Shown here: piece after piece, positions 19,113 through 29,058 of the stretch
Layout of the letters: the number at the start of each line of letters is the position of its first letter
Position numbering within the stretch: the first letter of the stretch is position 1
DNA from: an uncultured Acidaminococcus sp.
GTDB lineage: Bacteria > Bacillota > Negativicutes > Acidaminococcales > Acidaminococcaceae
Length of the DNA stretch: 64,000 nucleotides
Reading direction: 5' to 3'
NCBI GenBank assembly: GCA_900554515.1
Contig: USHN01000003.1
Coordinates: 62,760-126,759 of the forward strand
Program-made: the position numbers and the translations under genes
The notes under the pieces: generated by a model
The model's input: the letters and a program-made list of their open reading frames with translations, nothing else
What the model was told of the DNA's origin: nothing
Database searches by the model: none

Positions 19113-19640
19113 TTAGGACTTCATAAAGCAGACCGTACCATGGAAGGTCAACGGCCCTTCCGCCTCCCTTTCAATACGGCCCGTTTCCCAATAGGCCAAG
19201 GGCATCTCCTCTTTCCACTGGCGGGAAAAGACCAAAAGCTGAACATAATCCCCCACTAAAGTAAGCTCCATGGGCAGATGGTCCTGCTTTTTCCCCATTT
19301 CCTGGGGACGGCAGGCCACCACCTGTACCTGGGTTCTTTCTGCCAGGGCACTGATTTTTCCCATAGCCTCCATCCCATCTTTGGGTGCGGGCTCTGCGGC
19401 AATCTGTACCGTGTTTTCCCGTTTTGTCCGGGCGGCTTCCGGATCGTATTGCTGGGCAAAGGCTTCTATTTTTTTCTTCTGCTGCAAAAGATCGGCTGCC
19501 CTGTCCCAGTCTTTTTGTCCGTTTTGCCAGAAAGGAAGCGCTACGGTACAAGTCAGCCACAAACACAGCAGGAAAAAGCCAAAGCCCGTAACAGCCGGGA
19601 CTTTATCCCTGGCGTTTTCCATCCACTGTTTTCGTTCCAT
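19113..19640 (-). CDS. PilO-like type IV pilus/competence assembly protein
   Basis: N-terminal TM, coiled region and LPMELTLVGDYVQL motif resembling PilO. Follows the PilN-like domain. Confidence 0.55.
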   Translation of the reverse strand: MERKQWMENARDKVPAVTGFGFFLLCLWLTCTVALPFWQNGQKDWDRAADLLQQKKKIEAFAQQYDPEAARTKRENTVQIAAEPAPKDGMEAMGKISALAERTQVQVVACRPQEMGKKQDHLPMELTLVGDYVQLLVFSRQWKEEMPLAYWETGRIEREAEGPLTFHGTVCFMKS

Positions 19641-21951
19641 TTCCGTTTCCTTTCTGCAGTTCCACCAAAAGGGAAAATTCCGTTTCTGGTTTTTCACTAA
19701 GGCGTTCCATTTTTTCGATCTGCACGCTCTTCACAGCCCGCTCGTCACGAAGCCGCTGTACAAAGGAAAGAACCGCCTGGCTTTCCAGTGTTCGTCCGGA
19801 AAGGCGCAGCATTTTCTTGTCCTGGTTTTCCTTATCCCAGGCAGCCTGCTGGAGATAACAATCTGCAGGCAACTCCCGTCCCAAAAGCGTCAGCCAGGTA
19901 TCCCAGTCAACATTCCGGTTACGAGCAGCCTGCTGTTGTTTTACCTGCTGGGATAAAAGACGGTTTAGCTTTTGCTCCTCTTGGTAGCGTTCATACCAGG
20001 GACCCGTTGCCAGCAGTGCATTTTTTGCCTCCTGCTGCTTCTTATACGCTATCCCCTGAAAGATTCCACCAAAGAGGCAAAAAATAAGAGCGGCTACCCC
20101 GGTCACTTCCATGCCCCGGATAACAGCCGGCCAGGATGGCAGCGGCTGCTTCAGCTGAAAGTCCCACTGCCGGGTGCTTTCCATAAAAAGCACACTCCCC
20201 AGCGCGGCTGCTGCAGACCCATAGGATAGCTTTTTTTCTAAGTCAGGATAGCACCGTGAAGCTTGCAGCCTATCGGAAAGCGGCAGTTTTTCCAGGGGTA
20301 TCCCTTCTGCCTGCAGCTGCTTCTGCCATTTTGCCAATATCCCGTAACTTTTTCCCCACCAGTACACCGGCACAGACACAAGCTGTCGCTTGCTGTTTTC
20401 CTGCTGCATGGTTTCCAGAATTTTCCTGCCTAGCTCCGTTTCTTCCTGCCGAACAGAATCCCACAAAAGACTCTGTTCCACCCCGTCCCATTGCTTTTCT
20501 TGGGCACGAACAAAGGGAAACACAGCCTGTGGCTGCCCCTTTGCATAAAGGATGAGGGTAATGGCTTTCTCTTCTTCCAGCCATAGCCAGGCAGCAGCTT
20601 TTTTTGCCGTCCAGAGCCCCAGAGAAAGCAACGCAGGCTGGATTTTTACCGGATGCCAGCCCATTTCCTGCAAGAATTCCTGTATCCAGGCAATGACAGG
20701 CTGCGGCATGGCGATGGCACCCGTCTGCCCTGAAGGCAATGGGGATCCCAGACGCAGCGCATAGTTTCCTGCTTCCCAGGGCACTTTTTGGACGCTCTCC
20801 CAGTAGGCAGCTTCCTGCCGCTCTGCTTCACTTTTCAAAACAGGCAGGGACAACGTAAGCCAGGTAGAAGCTTCCGGAGCAACCGTCACAGCACAGGCTT
20901 TGGCATTGATGCCCTTTTTCCCACATTCCATGCGCATCCATTCGCACAGGGCAGGGATTTTTTCTTCAGTAATTTTTTCGCTCACAGACGCAGGCAGCGT
21001 TTCCTGTAAAACCCGTTCCAGTCGCAAAGCATCATTTTCCCGCCGAACCTGGCATACGGTGATACACCGGGAATCCAGATACAAGGCTAAAAGTTTCCTG
21101 GGCAGGGGGTGAAAAAAAGAGTGCAGTTTCTGCCCAATGGTTTCCCTGTGCAGCCCCAGCAGGCAAAAAAGCATTCTCCTGTCGGGAAACTGCCAGAATG
21201 CCAAAAGAGGCTGGGCTAAGCCACTATTCCAGAGCATCACAAAAAATGCCGCACCGCAAAGAAACGGGGCAAACGGAATAGGTTCCCAGAATGCCTCTTT
21301 GCGTTTCATCCGTTTTAAAAGCAGAAAGGCAAGTGCCGCCAGTACCGCCCCAAAGAGTCCTTTTAAGCCATCCACCGGCCCAAGCCATAATCCCAGAAGT
21401 GTCACAAGGCGTACATCCCCGGCCCCGGCGCTGCCTGGAAACATCCGGTAAAAGAAATACAGTACGCCTCCTACCACCAATCCTACCACCAACGCTCCGG
21501 TTACAGCCCACAAAAAGGAGAACCCCAGCCAGAAGTGCTGGAAAAGGATCAACGCCCCCAGGGGCCAAAACAAATCTTCATACAGCATCTGCTCTTTGGC
21601 ATCCAGCCAGCTGAGTAGTAGCAGCAGGGAAAGAATTCCCCACTGGATGAGAAGCAGCACGGACGGCTCCCGGAAAATTCCCAACAGGGCAAAGAAAAAG
21701 CCGGTTTCCAGTTCCCTAAGGCAATACGTCCAGGGAATTTTTGCGCCGCAATGCCGGCACTTGCCCCGCAGCCACAAAAAGCTAAAAAGGGGAACCAGAT
21801 CCCATAGTGCCAGCGTATGACCGCATGCGTCACAGTGCGAACGGGGACGCAGGAGGGATTCTTCCCGATAAAGTCGCACGGCACACAGGCAAAGGAAACT
21901 CCCCACGCAGCACCCGATAAAAAAATAGGCAAGAATAAGTGGTATTGGCAT
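19603..21951 (-). CDS. Prepilin peptidase (A24) fused to PilM-like and PilN-like regions
   Basis: N-terminus has GSFL, RSHCDACGH...GKCRHCG, GAGDVRL and IPFAPFL (PilD). C-terminus has a TM plus LPADCYL...LRLSGRT (PilN-like). The middle region is degenerate PilM-like. Confidence 0.7.
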   Translation of the reverse strand: MPIPLILAYFFIGCCVGSFLCLCAVRLYREESLLRPRSHCDACGHTLALWDLVPLFSFLWLRGKCRHCGAKIPWTYCLRELETGFFFALLGIFREPSVLLLIQWGILSLLLLLSWLDAKEQMLYEDLFWPLGALILFQHFWLGFSFLWAVTGALVVGLVVGGVLYFFYRMFPGSAGAGDVRLVTLLGLWLGPVDGLKGLFGAVLAALAFLLLKRMKRKEAFWEPIPFAPFLCGAAFFVMLWNSGLAQPLLAFWQFPDRRMLFCLLGLHRETIGQKLHSFFHPLPRKLLALYLDSRCITVCQVRRENDALRLERVLQETLPASVSEKITEEKIPALCEWMRMECGKKGINAKACAVTVAPEASTWLTLSLPVLKSEAERQEAAYWESVQKVPWEAGNYALRLGSPLPSGQTGAIAMPQPVIAWIQEFLQEMGWHPVKIQPALLSLGLWTAKKAAAWLWLEEEKAITLILYAKGQPQAVFPFVRAQEKQWDGVEQSLLWDSVRQEETELGRKILETMQQENSKRQLVSVPVYWWGKSYGILAKWQKQLQAEGIPLEKLPLSDRLQASRCYPDLEKKLSYGSAAAALGSVLFMESTRQWDFQLKQPLPSWPAVIRGMEVTGVAALIFCLFGGIFQGIAYKKQQEAKNALLATGPWYERYQEEQKLNRLLSQQVKQQQAARNRNVDWDTWLTLLGRELPADCYLQQAAWDKENQDKKMLRLSGRTLESQAVLSFVQRLRDERAVKSVQIEKMERLSEKPETEFSLLVELQKGNGNGTKTVDGKRQG

Positions 21952-21960
21952 AGTGTCCCC

Positions 21961-23490
21961 CTATCCCTGAATGCTGGTGCGCAGCCCGATGGCTTCGCCC
22001 AGGTGCAGCATGGAGATTTCCTAGCTGCCTGCCAGATCTGCGATGGTCCGTGCGACTTTGATGATCCGGTCATGGCTTCGGGCTGAAAGTCCCAGAGAGG
22101 TAAAATATTTCTCCAGCAGCTTTTGCGCATCCGGCGCCAACGCGCAGAATTTTTTTACTTCCCGCCGCCCCATGCTGGCATTGCAGAACAAATGAGTTCC
22201 TTCCAGCCGCTTTCGCTGAATCTTCCGGGCGTTTACAACCCGCTGCCGGATTTGGGCAGAACTTTCCTGGGCGCAATTGCTCTGCATTTCCTGATACTGC
22301 AGCCGGGGCACGTGAATCTGGATATCAATCCGGTCCAGCAGCGGACCGGAAATCTTTTTCCGGTAACGGGCAATATCTCCCGGACGACAGGTGCATTGGT
22401 GCACGCCGTCTTCTTCTCCCCAAAAGCCACAAGGGCAAGGGTTTTGTGCCGCCACCAGGATAAAGCGGGCCGGATAGCTTAAAGACGCCTGCACTCTGCT
22501 GATGGTGACCACGCCATCTTCCAGAGGCTGTCGTAATACCTCCAGGGCACTTCGGAAAAATTCCGGCAGCTCATCCAAAAATAAAACCCCATGGTGAGCC
22601 AAGGTAACTTCTCCCGGGCGCGGCACACTGCCGCCGCCAATTAAAGCGGATTGGCTCACCGTATGATGCGGGCTGCGAAAAGGGCGCTCTGCTACAATGC
22701 CATGCTGTCGGGCAAGAAGACCGGAGATACTGTAAATTTTCGTGACTTCCAGCGCTTCTTCTTCTGTCATCGGCGGCAGGATCGTGGAAAGCCGTCTGGC
22801 CAGCATGGTTTTTCCAGCGCCGGGCGCCCCCACCATCAGGACATTGTGCCCGCCGGCAGCTGCAATTTCCAGGGCCCTTTTCGCCACCCGCTGTCCCTGC
22901 ACATCCGAAAAATCAACAGTGCTTTCTTCCGGCCCGTCCAAGAGCAAACTTTTCTTTTGCAAAGGGGTAAGCTGTGCTTTCCCCTGAAGATGCTCCACGA
23001 TCGCCGTCAAAGTATCCGCAGTGTACACAGTAATCCCATCTACCAGCTGCCCTTCTGCTGCATTGCCGGAAGGGATAACCATGCAATGCCAGCCCTCCTC
23101 CCGGGCTTTTAAAATCATAGGCAGAATTCCGTTAATGGGCCGCAGTGCCCCATCCAGCGCCAATTCCCCGGCAAATACCGGGCACTGCCGGTCATCCGGC
23201 AGTTTGATATACTGCTTGGCTGCCAATATTCCTATGGCAATCGGCAGATCCAGTCCGGATCCGTCTTTTTTTAGATCTGCCGGGGCCAAATTCACAGTAA
23301 TATGGGTATCCGGGAAATGAAAACCAGAATTTTTCACAGCGGCTTTTACCCGTTCCCGGGATTCTTTAATGGCTGTATCCGGCAGGCCCACGATTTCAAA
23401 GGCGGGCAGCCCGTTGGTCACATCCACTTCCACACGGACCAGTTCGCCATTGATACCCCTTGTAGTTTCGCCATAGGTACATGCATACAC
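21961..23490 (-). CDS. comM: YifB/ComM Mg-chelatase-like AAA+ ATPase with an in-frame TAG at 22021-22023
   Basis: IVGLPD, NLAPADLKK, GAPGAGKT, RPFRSPHH, LDELPEF and SGPLLDRID motifs. The conserved tail (EISMLHLGEAIGLR) continues in frame after the TAG to a second stop at 21961. Confidence 0.9.
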
Positions 23491-23555
23491 GTTCTTTCTC
23501 TCCTTGTTCGTTTCTTATTAAAAGTCTTATTGCAATGGATACTTGCTGTTTTGCA

Positions 23556-23909
23556 TTAAAAGGCACTGGTGACGTGATTGAGCTGGATATCCCCGTACAA
23601 TTCTGTAATTTCGATCACGTCAAACCGGATGGTGCAGCGGGGATGAGGATGTCGCTTGAGATAATACAGCGCCGTCGTGCGAAGTTTTCGTTGTTTACTA
23701 GGTGTTACAGCCGCAGCAGGGCGCCCAAATTTCAGGCTGCGCCGGGTTTTTACCTCCACGAAAGCCAATATCCGGCCTTGTTTCGCTACAATATCCAGTT
23801 CCCCAAACGGACAGGAAAAATTTCTGTCCAGGATTTCGTAGCCCTGCTCCTCCAAAAAAGCGGTGGCCCGGTCTTCCCCACTGTTTCCGAAATGACGCCG
23901 TGGATCCAT
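23556..23909 (-). CDS. yraN: YraN (UPF0102) family protein
   Basis: GELDIVA, FVEVKTR and RFDVI motifs. Confidence 0.92.
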   Translation of the reverse strand: MDPRRHFGNSGEDRATAFLEEQGYEILDRNFSCPFGELDIVAKQGRILAFVEVKTRRSLKFGRPAAAVTPSKQRKLRTTALYYLKRHPHPRCTIRFDVIEITELYGDIQLNHVTSAF

Positions 23910-23919
23910 GTGATTCTCC

Positions 23920-24726
23920 TTATTTTAAACGGATTAGAGTGTGAAGGCTGAGTGCGTCAGGAACGTGTTCCATGGTCTTGACCGGGGCAAAGCTGTGCCG
24001 GTGCCAGGGCGTCGCGCCCCATTTTTCCATGGCTTTCATATGCGCTTCGGCACCATAGCCTTTATTATGCGCAAAGCCATAGGCAGGATATTTGGCATCC
24101 AGTTCCACCATAAACCTGTCACGCGTCACCTTCGCCATAATAGAAGCTGCTGCAATGCAGGCGCTGCGGCTATCTCCATGAATAAAGTCCCGCACAGGAA
24201 GGCCCGGGATCTGCAGCGGCATGGCATCGGTAAGTCCCGCCTGGGGTGCTGTATTCAAATTGGTAAGGCACAGTTCCATAGACTTTTTTGCCGCCTGATA
24301 AATATTTAAGCGGTCAATTTCCTGCGGCCCCAACAGGCACAGGGTAATGGCTACCGCCTGTTCTTTGATTGCCTCGTACAACGTTTCCCGGCGCTTTGGG
24401 GTGACCTTCTTAGAGTCATTAAGCCCGGGCAGCCAGATCTCCCTGGGCAAAATTACAGCTGCTGTAACCAGAGGCCCTGCCAAAGGACCGCGGCCTGCTT
24501 CATCGCAGCCAGCCACCAATAGCCGCCCTTTGTTCCATTCTTCTTGTTCCAGCACGCGAAGCTGCTGCAAGCGAAGTTTTTCTGCTGCAACCTGTTCCTG
24601 TTTTTTTGTCCAGGCAGCTAATAGGTTCTGCACCCCGCGGCGAGGATCAGCACGCAGTTCTTCAAGAACGTCAGAGGATGGATGCTGCGCCAACATATCT
24701 TTAATCTGGGAAAGGGGGATTGTCAT
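23920..24726 (-). CDS. rnhB: Ribonuclease HII
   Basis: GCDEAGRGPLAGP, DSKK and IAAASIMAKVTRD motifs. Confidence 0.96.
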   Translation of the reverse strand: MTIPLSQIKDMLAQHPSSDVLEELRADPRRGVQNLLAAWTKKQEQVAAEKLRLQQLRVLEQEEWNKGRLLVAGCDEAGRGPLAGPLVTAAVILPREIWLPGLNDSKKVTPKRRETLYEAIKEQAVAITLCLLGPQEIDRLNIYQAAKKSMELCLTNLNTAPQAGLTDAMPLQIPGLPVRDFIHGDSRSACIAAASIMAKVTRDRFMVELDAKYPAYGFAHNKGYGAEAHMKAMEKWGATPWHRHSFAPVKTMEHVPDALSLHTLIRLK

Positions 24727-25604
24727 GATGCCTTCACCGGTCGTTCCAGCGTAAAACCGCCCATTTTTCCGCTTTTGAAATCTCGCAGCACCATTTGAAT
24801 CGTCCTCGCTCCATCCACGACTCCGCCCTGCCGCAGCCAGCCTCTGCTGCGGCCGATTTTTTCTACAAGGCTTTCTGCTGTGTCATTCCCTTCCAGGCTT
24901 ATCCCGTAATAGGCGGAAAGCTCCTGGGAATAATAGGCAGAAAGCCGCTCCAGCAAAATTTCAACAGCGATTTCATTATCAAAGACTTCTTCCCGGATGG
25001 CTCCTGTCACCGCCAGACAAAATCCCGTTTCCGGGTTGTCAAATTTGGGCCACAGTACGCCCGGCGTATCCAAAAGTTCCAGCCCTTTGCCCAGCATCAC
25101 CCACTGAGGGCCACGGGTTACACCCGGTTTATTTTGGGCGGCGACTTTATTTTTGCCGATAAGCCGATTGATCAGGGTGGATTTCCCCACATTGGGAATT
25201 CCCACGATCATGACACGGATGCTGCGATTGCGTACTCCTTTTTTTCGCCATTTTTCCAATACGGGCTCCCCCGCTTTCTGGATAGCTGCTTGGAGTGCCT
25301 TTAGGCCTTTTCCTTTCTGGCAGTCCACTTCCAGGGCCGTAAAGTTCTGCTGCCGCAGTGTCTCCAGCCAGGAGCGGGTCAGCACAGGGTCCGCCATATC
25401 AATTTTATTCAGCATCACAATCTTTGGCTTAGCGCCAATCATCTGCTGGAGTATAGGGTTGGCACTGGAGCGGGGAATCCTGGCATCCAAGAGTTCTACG
25501 ACCACATCCACCAATTTTAAGTTGGCTTCCATCATCCGCTTGGCCTTGGTCATGTGTCCGGGAAACCACTGGATCTGAAAATTTTTCCCTTGCAACGTTT
25601 CCAT
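24723..25604 (-). CDS. rbgA: Ribosome biogenesis GTPase RbgA/YlqF
   Basis: QWFPGHM, DARIP, NKID, GIPNVGKS and DTPG motifs. Confidence 0.96.
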   Translation of the reverse strand: METLQGKNFQIQWFPGHMTKAKRMMEANLKLVDVVVELLDARIPRSSANPILQQMIGAKPKIVMLNKIDMADPVLTRSWLETLRQQNFTALEVDCQKGKGLKALQAAIQKAGEPVLEKWRKKGVRNRSIRVMIVGIPNVGKSTLINRLIGKNKVAAQNKPGVTRGPQWVMLGKGLELLDTPGVLWPKFDNPETGFCLAVTGAIREEVFDNEIAVEILLERLSAYYSQELSAYYGISLEGNDTAESLVEKIGRSRGWLRQGGVVDGARTIQMVLRDFKSGKMGGFTLERPVKAS

Positions 25605-25735
25605 TATTTTTTCCTTTCCGCATTCCGTGCCCCTTCCCCTAAGGGCCATTGACGAGTTATTATAGCATGTTTGGTGTCATTCTACTCAAAAAGGGAGAAA
25701 AATGAGGGGAAATGACCTTTAGATGGGGAGATATG

Positions 25736-25763
25736 AAAAAGACGTGGTCTCCCACGTCTTTTT
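25736..25763. terminator. Intrinsic terminator after lepB
   Basis: AAAAAGACGTGG-TCTC-CCACGTCTTTTT. Confidence 0.75.
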
Positions 25764-25782
25764 CTGCAGCTGACATCCATTT

Positions 25783-26322
25783 TCATGGCAGGCTTCTGAT
25801 TTTATCCAGGGGCCAGAAAATTACACTGGCCTTGCCCTTAACCAGGGACAAATCCACGAACCCCACATCCAGAAACCGGCTGTCTTCAGAATTGTTTCGG
25901 TTATCTCCCATAACAAAGATATGCCCTTCCGGAATCGTAGTCTTGGGGTAATTGGTATGAAATGGTTCCCGGATATAACTTTCATCCAGTTTCTCCCCAT
26001 TGACATAGGTCTGCCCATCTTTGATTTCAATGGTATCCCCGCCCACGGCAATGACCCGCTTGATGAAATCCCGTGTAGTATCACTGGGATATTTGAAGAC
26101 AATGATTTCTCCCCGCTTGGGAGCGCGGGTGTAGTACACCAGCTTGTTGACGATAAGCCGTTCCTTATCCTGTAACGTTTCCCGCATGCTGGGCCCGGAA
26201 ACCATATAGGGTTCCACCAGAAAGGTGCGGATTCCAAAGGCGACCACCACGGCAATAATGATGGAAACCAGCCAGTCACTGGCGGTATCCTGCCATGACT
26301 GATTTTTCTTTTGTTCTTCCAT
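25783..26322 (-). CDS. lepB: Signal peptidase I
   Basis: SGPSM (Ser), FIKRVI (Lys) and GDNRNNSEDSR motifs. Confidence 0.96.
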   Translation of the reverse strand: MEEQKKNQSWQDTASDWLVSIIIAVVVAFGIRTFLVEPYMVSGPSMRETLQDKERLIVNKLVYYTRAPKRGEIIVFKYPSDTTRDFIKRVIAVGGDTIEIKDGQTYVNGEKLDESYIREPFHTNYPKTTIPEGHIFVMGDNRNNSEDSRFLDVGFVDLSLVKGKASVIFWPLDKIRSLP

Positions 26323-26383
26323 ACGTTGCTTCTCCTTTAACGTAAAAAAGGCAGCTGCCTAAGCAACTGCCTCCCGCGACCAA

Positions 26384-26725
26384 TTAGCGGCGTTCCTTGA
26401 TACGGGCTGCTTTACCGGTCAATTTACGCAGATAATACAGCTTGGCTCTGCGCACAGCCCCTTTGTGGGAAACGACAATCTTGTCGATCCGCGGGGAATG
26501 AACCGGGAATCTTCTTTCCACGCCCACACCAGAAGCAATACGACGAACGGTAAACATTTCCCGTACGCCGGAGCCATGCCGGGAGATGCACACACCTTCA
26601 AACAGCTGAATCCGTTCCCGTTTACCTTCCACGATCTTTGCGTATACTTTCAGGGTATCGCCGGGACGAAAGTCAGGGATGTCAGAACGTAGCTGTTCTT
26701 TTTCAATTGCTTCGATAATGTTCAT
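26384..26725 (-). CDS. rplS: 50S ribosomal protein L19
   Basis: PDFRPGDT...RIQLFEG...GVGVER...[10 protein letters not shown]. Confidence 0.98.
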   Translation of the reverse strand: MNIIEAIEKEQLRSDIPDFRPGDTLKVYAKIVEGKRERIQLFEGVCISRHGSGVREMFTVRRIASGVGVERRFPVHSPRIDKIVVSHKGAVRRAKLYYLRKLTGKAARIKERR

Positions 26726-26747
26726 TATTATTTCCTCCTCAGAATCC

Positions 26748-26790
26748 AAGACGTTCATGTCCAGCAATGGGCTGACAGCGGACCGCCCGT
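26748..26790 (-). ncRNA. Probable L19 leader (ribosomal protein autoregulatory RNA)
   Basis: GGGCGGUCCGCUGUCAGC...GCUGGACAUGAACGUC hairpin in the rplS 5' UTR, resembling the Firmicutes L19 leader as recalled. A TTGCAT-N18-TATAAT promoter lies at 26805-26834. Confidence 0.55.
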
Positions 26791-26854
26791 AATACATACA
26801 GCGTATTATATCATACGCTTCTTTGATTATGCAAGGAAAAGATTACACTTTCCC

Positions 26855-27598
26855 TTATTTTTCTGCGGCAAGTTCTGATGCGGCCTGCAGGAACAATTTT
26901 CCATTGCCGGTCTGCCAGGGACATTGCCGCAATAGCTCCGGCCGATACCGGAGTGTCATTTTAAACGCTTCTTTCATCCGCCAGTTCGCAATTTTTTCAT
27001 GGTCTCCAGAAAGAAGTACGGTAGGCACATCCTGTCCGTTATAAGTCACAGGCCGGGTGTATTGCGGATATTCTAAGAGACTGTCGGAAAAAGAATCCTC
27101 CTGGGCGCTACTTTCCTTTCCCAGGACGCCCGGAAGAAACCGGGCTACAGCATCCATGATAGAAAGCGCAGGCAATTCTCCCCCCGTCAGGACAAAATCC
27201 CCGGTGCACACCCGCAGATCCACTTCACGGAGGATGCGTTCATCAAACCCTTCGTAGTGCCCGCAGCAAAAAATCAAATCTTTCCCACAGGCGGCCAGGC
27301 TGCACACCTGCACCTGCTGCAGTTTTTCACCGGCAGGCGTTAAGGCCAGCACAAGGGCGCGGGGCGAAATCGTTTTAGCTTCTTTAAGCGCCGCCAAATA
27401 CGTGGTAGGTTTAAGCACCATCCCTGCACCGCCGCCACAGGGCGTATCATCTACGCTGCGATGCCGGTCCATGGCAAAATCCCGGGGATTAATACAGCTG
27501 ACGGATAAAAGTCCCGCTTGCTGCGCCCGCCCCAAAATACTTTCTGACGCAGCATATTGGATCATATCCGGAAATAAGGTAATAAAAATAAAGCGCAT
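26855..27598 (-). CDS. trmD: tRNA (guanine-N1)-methyltransferase
   Basis: TLFP, VDDTPCGGGAGMV, CGHYEGFDER, GDFVLTGGE and LEYPQYTRP motifs. TAATG coupling with rimM. Confidence 0.96.
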   Translation of the reverse strand: MRFIFITLFPDMIQYAASESILGRAQQAGLLSVSCINPRDFAMDRHRSVDDTPCGGGAGMVLKPTTYLAALKEAKTISPRALVLALTPAGEKLQQVQVCSLAACGKDLIFCCGHYEGFDERILREVDLRVCTGDFVLTGGELPALSIMDAVARFLPGVLGKESSAQEDSFSDSLLEYPQYTRPVTYNGQDVPTVLLSGDHEKIANWRMKEAFKMTLRYRPELLRQCPWQTGNGKLFLQAASELAAEK

Positions 27599-28095
27599 TA
27601 GATCCACTCCGGCAGTACAGCAATAACCTGCTGCTTTTCCCAGTCTATCCGTTTTATATTTTCCGCAATGGCCGCCACCAGAATCTCTTCTCCGCCGCCA
27701 GCGGGATGAATCACAAAAATGGCGGTAGAAGCAGGCTGAATCACATCTGCCACCGTACCCAGAAGTTCGCCCTCCGGACTTATGACGGAAAATCCCAGGA
27801 TATCCCGTACGTAAAACTGGCCTTCCGGAAGTTTTGGCAGCTGGCTGACTGGCACGACGATGGTACGTCCCCGCAGGCATTCCGCTGCATCCATATCCTC
27901 AATGCCGGAAACTTTGATCAAATAAAACTGTTTGTGCGGGCGGATATTTTCCACCTCGTACACAGCTCCAGTATCCAGCTGCAGGTGTTTTGCCCCAGTA
28001 TACCGTTCCGGATGGTCCGTTTGGGGCATAACGCGAAATTCGCCCCGCACACCATGCGGGGCGACAATTTTGCCAATTACAATTGTTTCTTCCAT
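27598..28095 (-). CDS. rimM: Ribosome maturation factor RimM
   Basis: GKIVAPHGVRGE motif, PRC-barrel region and synteny. Confidence 0.95.
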   Translation of the reverse strand: MEETIVIGKIVAPHGVRGEFRVMPQTDHPERYTGAKHLQLDTGAVYEVENIRPHKQFYLIKVSGIEDMDAAECLRGRTIVVPVSQLPKLPEGQFYVRDILGFSVISPEGELLGTVADVIQPASTAIFVIHPAGGGEEILVAAIAENIKRIDWEKQQVIAVLPEWI

Positions 28096-28099
28096 GAGC

Positions 28100-28507
28100 T
28101 TATTCCCTGAATCCGATCACTTTGCCGTCTTCTGTCAGGATTTCAGCTCCCATAAGGGCTTCCAGGTCAGACCCCACGGTGATTTCCACCGTGCGTTCCA
28201 ATGTCCCGTGTCCGACTTCGCTGCCGATTTCCAGGTTTTCCGCCCGTTCCAGCTTTGCCTTTAATTCGCTCAAAGCATGTTCCCGCTGACTTTTTTCGTA
28301 TTCAATCTGCTGCCGGAGTGCGCGGACAGCGTTCTCACCGGCGGCGGCCTGTTCGTTCAGTGCCCGTTTGGCAGTGAACTGAAATTGTTCAAAATCCAGC
28401 TCTGCTGCCTGGACTTGCCGTTTTGTATCTGCAATGATCTTGGCTTTCAAGTCTTCCGTGACCTTGGCTTTGATGACTACCGGCACCCTTACTGTCATTT
28501 TATCCAT
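28100..28507 (-). CDS. ylqD: YlqD family protein
   Basis: Coiled-coil protein with a C-terminal EIL.EDGKV motif, between khpA and rimM. Confidence 0.85.
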   Translation of the reverse strand: MDKMTVRVPVVIKAKVTEDLKAKIIADTKRQVQAAELDFEQFQFTAKRALNEQAAAGENAVRALRQQIEYEKSQREHALSELKAKLERAENLEIGSEVGHGTLERTVEITVGSDLEALMGAEILTEDGKVIGFRE

Positions 28508-28519
28508 GGCAATTCCCCT

Positions 28520-28747
28520 TTAATCAATATCAACAATGACTTTGACGTTTTCACGGGTAGCGGCTGCTTTCATCACCAAACGAATCGCCTTGGCAATGCG
28601 GCCCTGTTTACCGATCACTTTACCCATATCTTCCGGTGCCACGTGGAGTTTGAGGGTAACCGCAGAACCGGATTTTTCCTCCTCCACCTGCACCGCGGAG
28701 GGCTGACTCACGATAGCCTTAGCAATGACCTCAACTATCTCTTTCAT
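28520..28747 (-). CDS. khpA: KH-domain RNA-binding protein KhpA (YlqC)
   Basis: DMGKVIGKQGRIAKAIR. Confidence 0.95.
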   Translation of the reverse strand: MKEIVEVIAKAIVSQPSAVQVEEEKSGSAVTLKLHVAPEDMGKVIGKQGRIAKAIRLVMKAAATRENVKVIVDID

Positions 28748-28758
28748 AGCCTGCCTCC

Positions 28759-29031
28759 TTATTTCGCTGCCTTATCATCAGCCAGTTTGGTCATCAGACC
28801 TTGCTTGCTGAACATGGAGCGAACCGTATCCGTCGGTTTTGCACCCTTTTTCATCCAGGAAAGAGCCTTTTCTTCATCGATGGTTACCACAGCAGGATCC
28901 ACCGTAGAATCATAAGTTCCTACCGTTTCAATGAAACGACCATCCCGGGGGAAGCGCTCATCCGCAACTACGATACGATAGAACGGGCGTTTTTTTGCAC
29001 CCATACGTTTCAGACGAATTTTAACTGCCAC
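28759..29031 (-). CDS. rpsP: 30S ribosomal protein S16
   Basis: [22 protein letters not shown]...[11 protein letters not shown] start. Confidence 0.98.
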   Translation of the reverse strand: MAVKIRLKRMGAKKRPFYRIVVADERFPRDGRFIETVGTYDSTVDPAVVTIDEEKALSWMKKGAKPTDTVRSMFSKQGLMTKLADDKAAK

Positions 29032-29058
29032 AATTTTCACCTCCTTATAAGGATCTAT

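Noticed and set aside
19228..19239. Partial match (AAGACCAAAAGC) to the spacer at 44294-44326
   Set aside because: Only about 12 nt, compatible with chance. I noticed no other full spacer match in the window, but my search was by eye and not exhaustive.
26855..27880. 341-aa TrmD with a long N-terminal extension
   Set aside because: The extension overlaps rimM; the real start is the ATG at 27598, coupled to the rimM stop.
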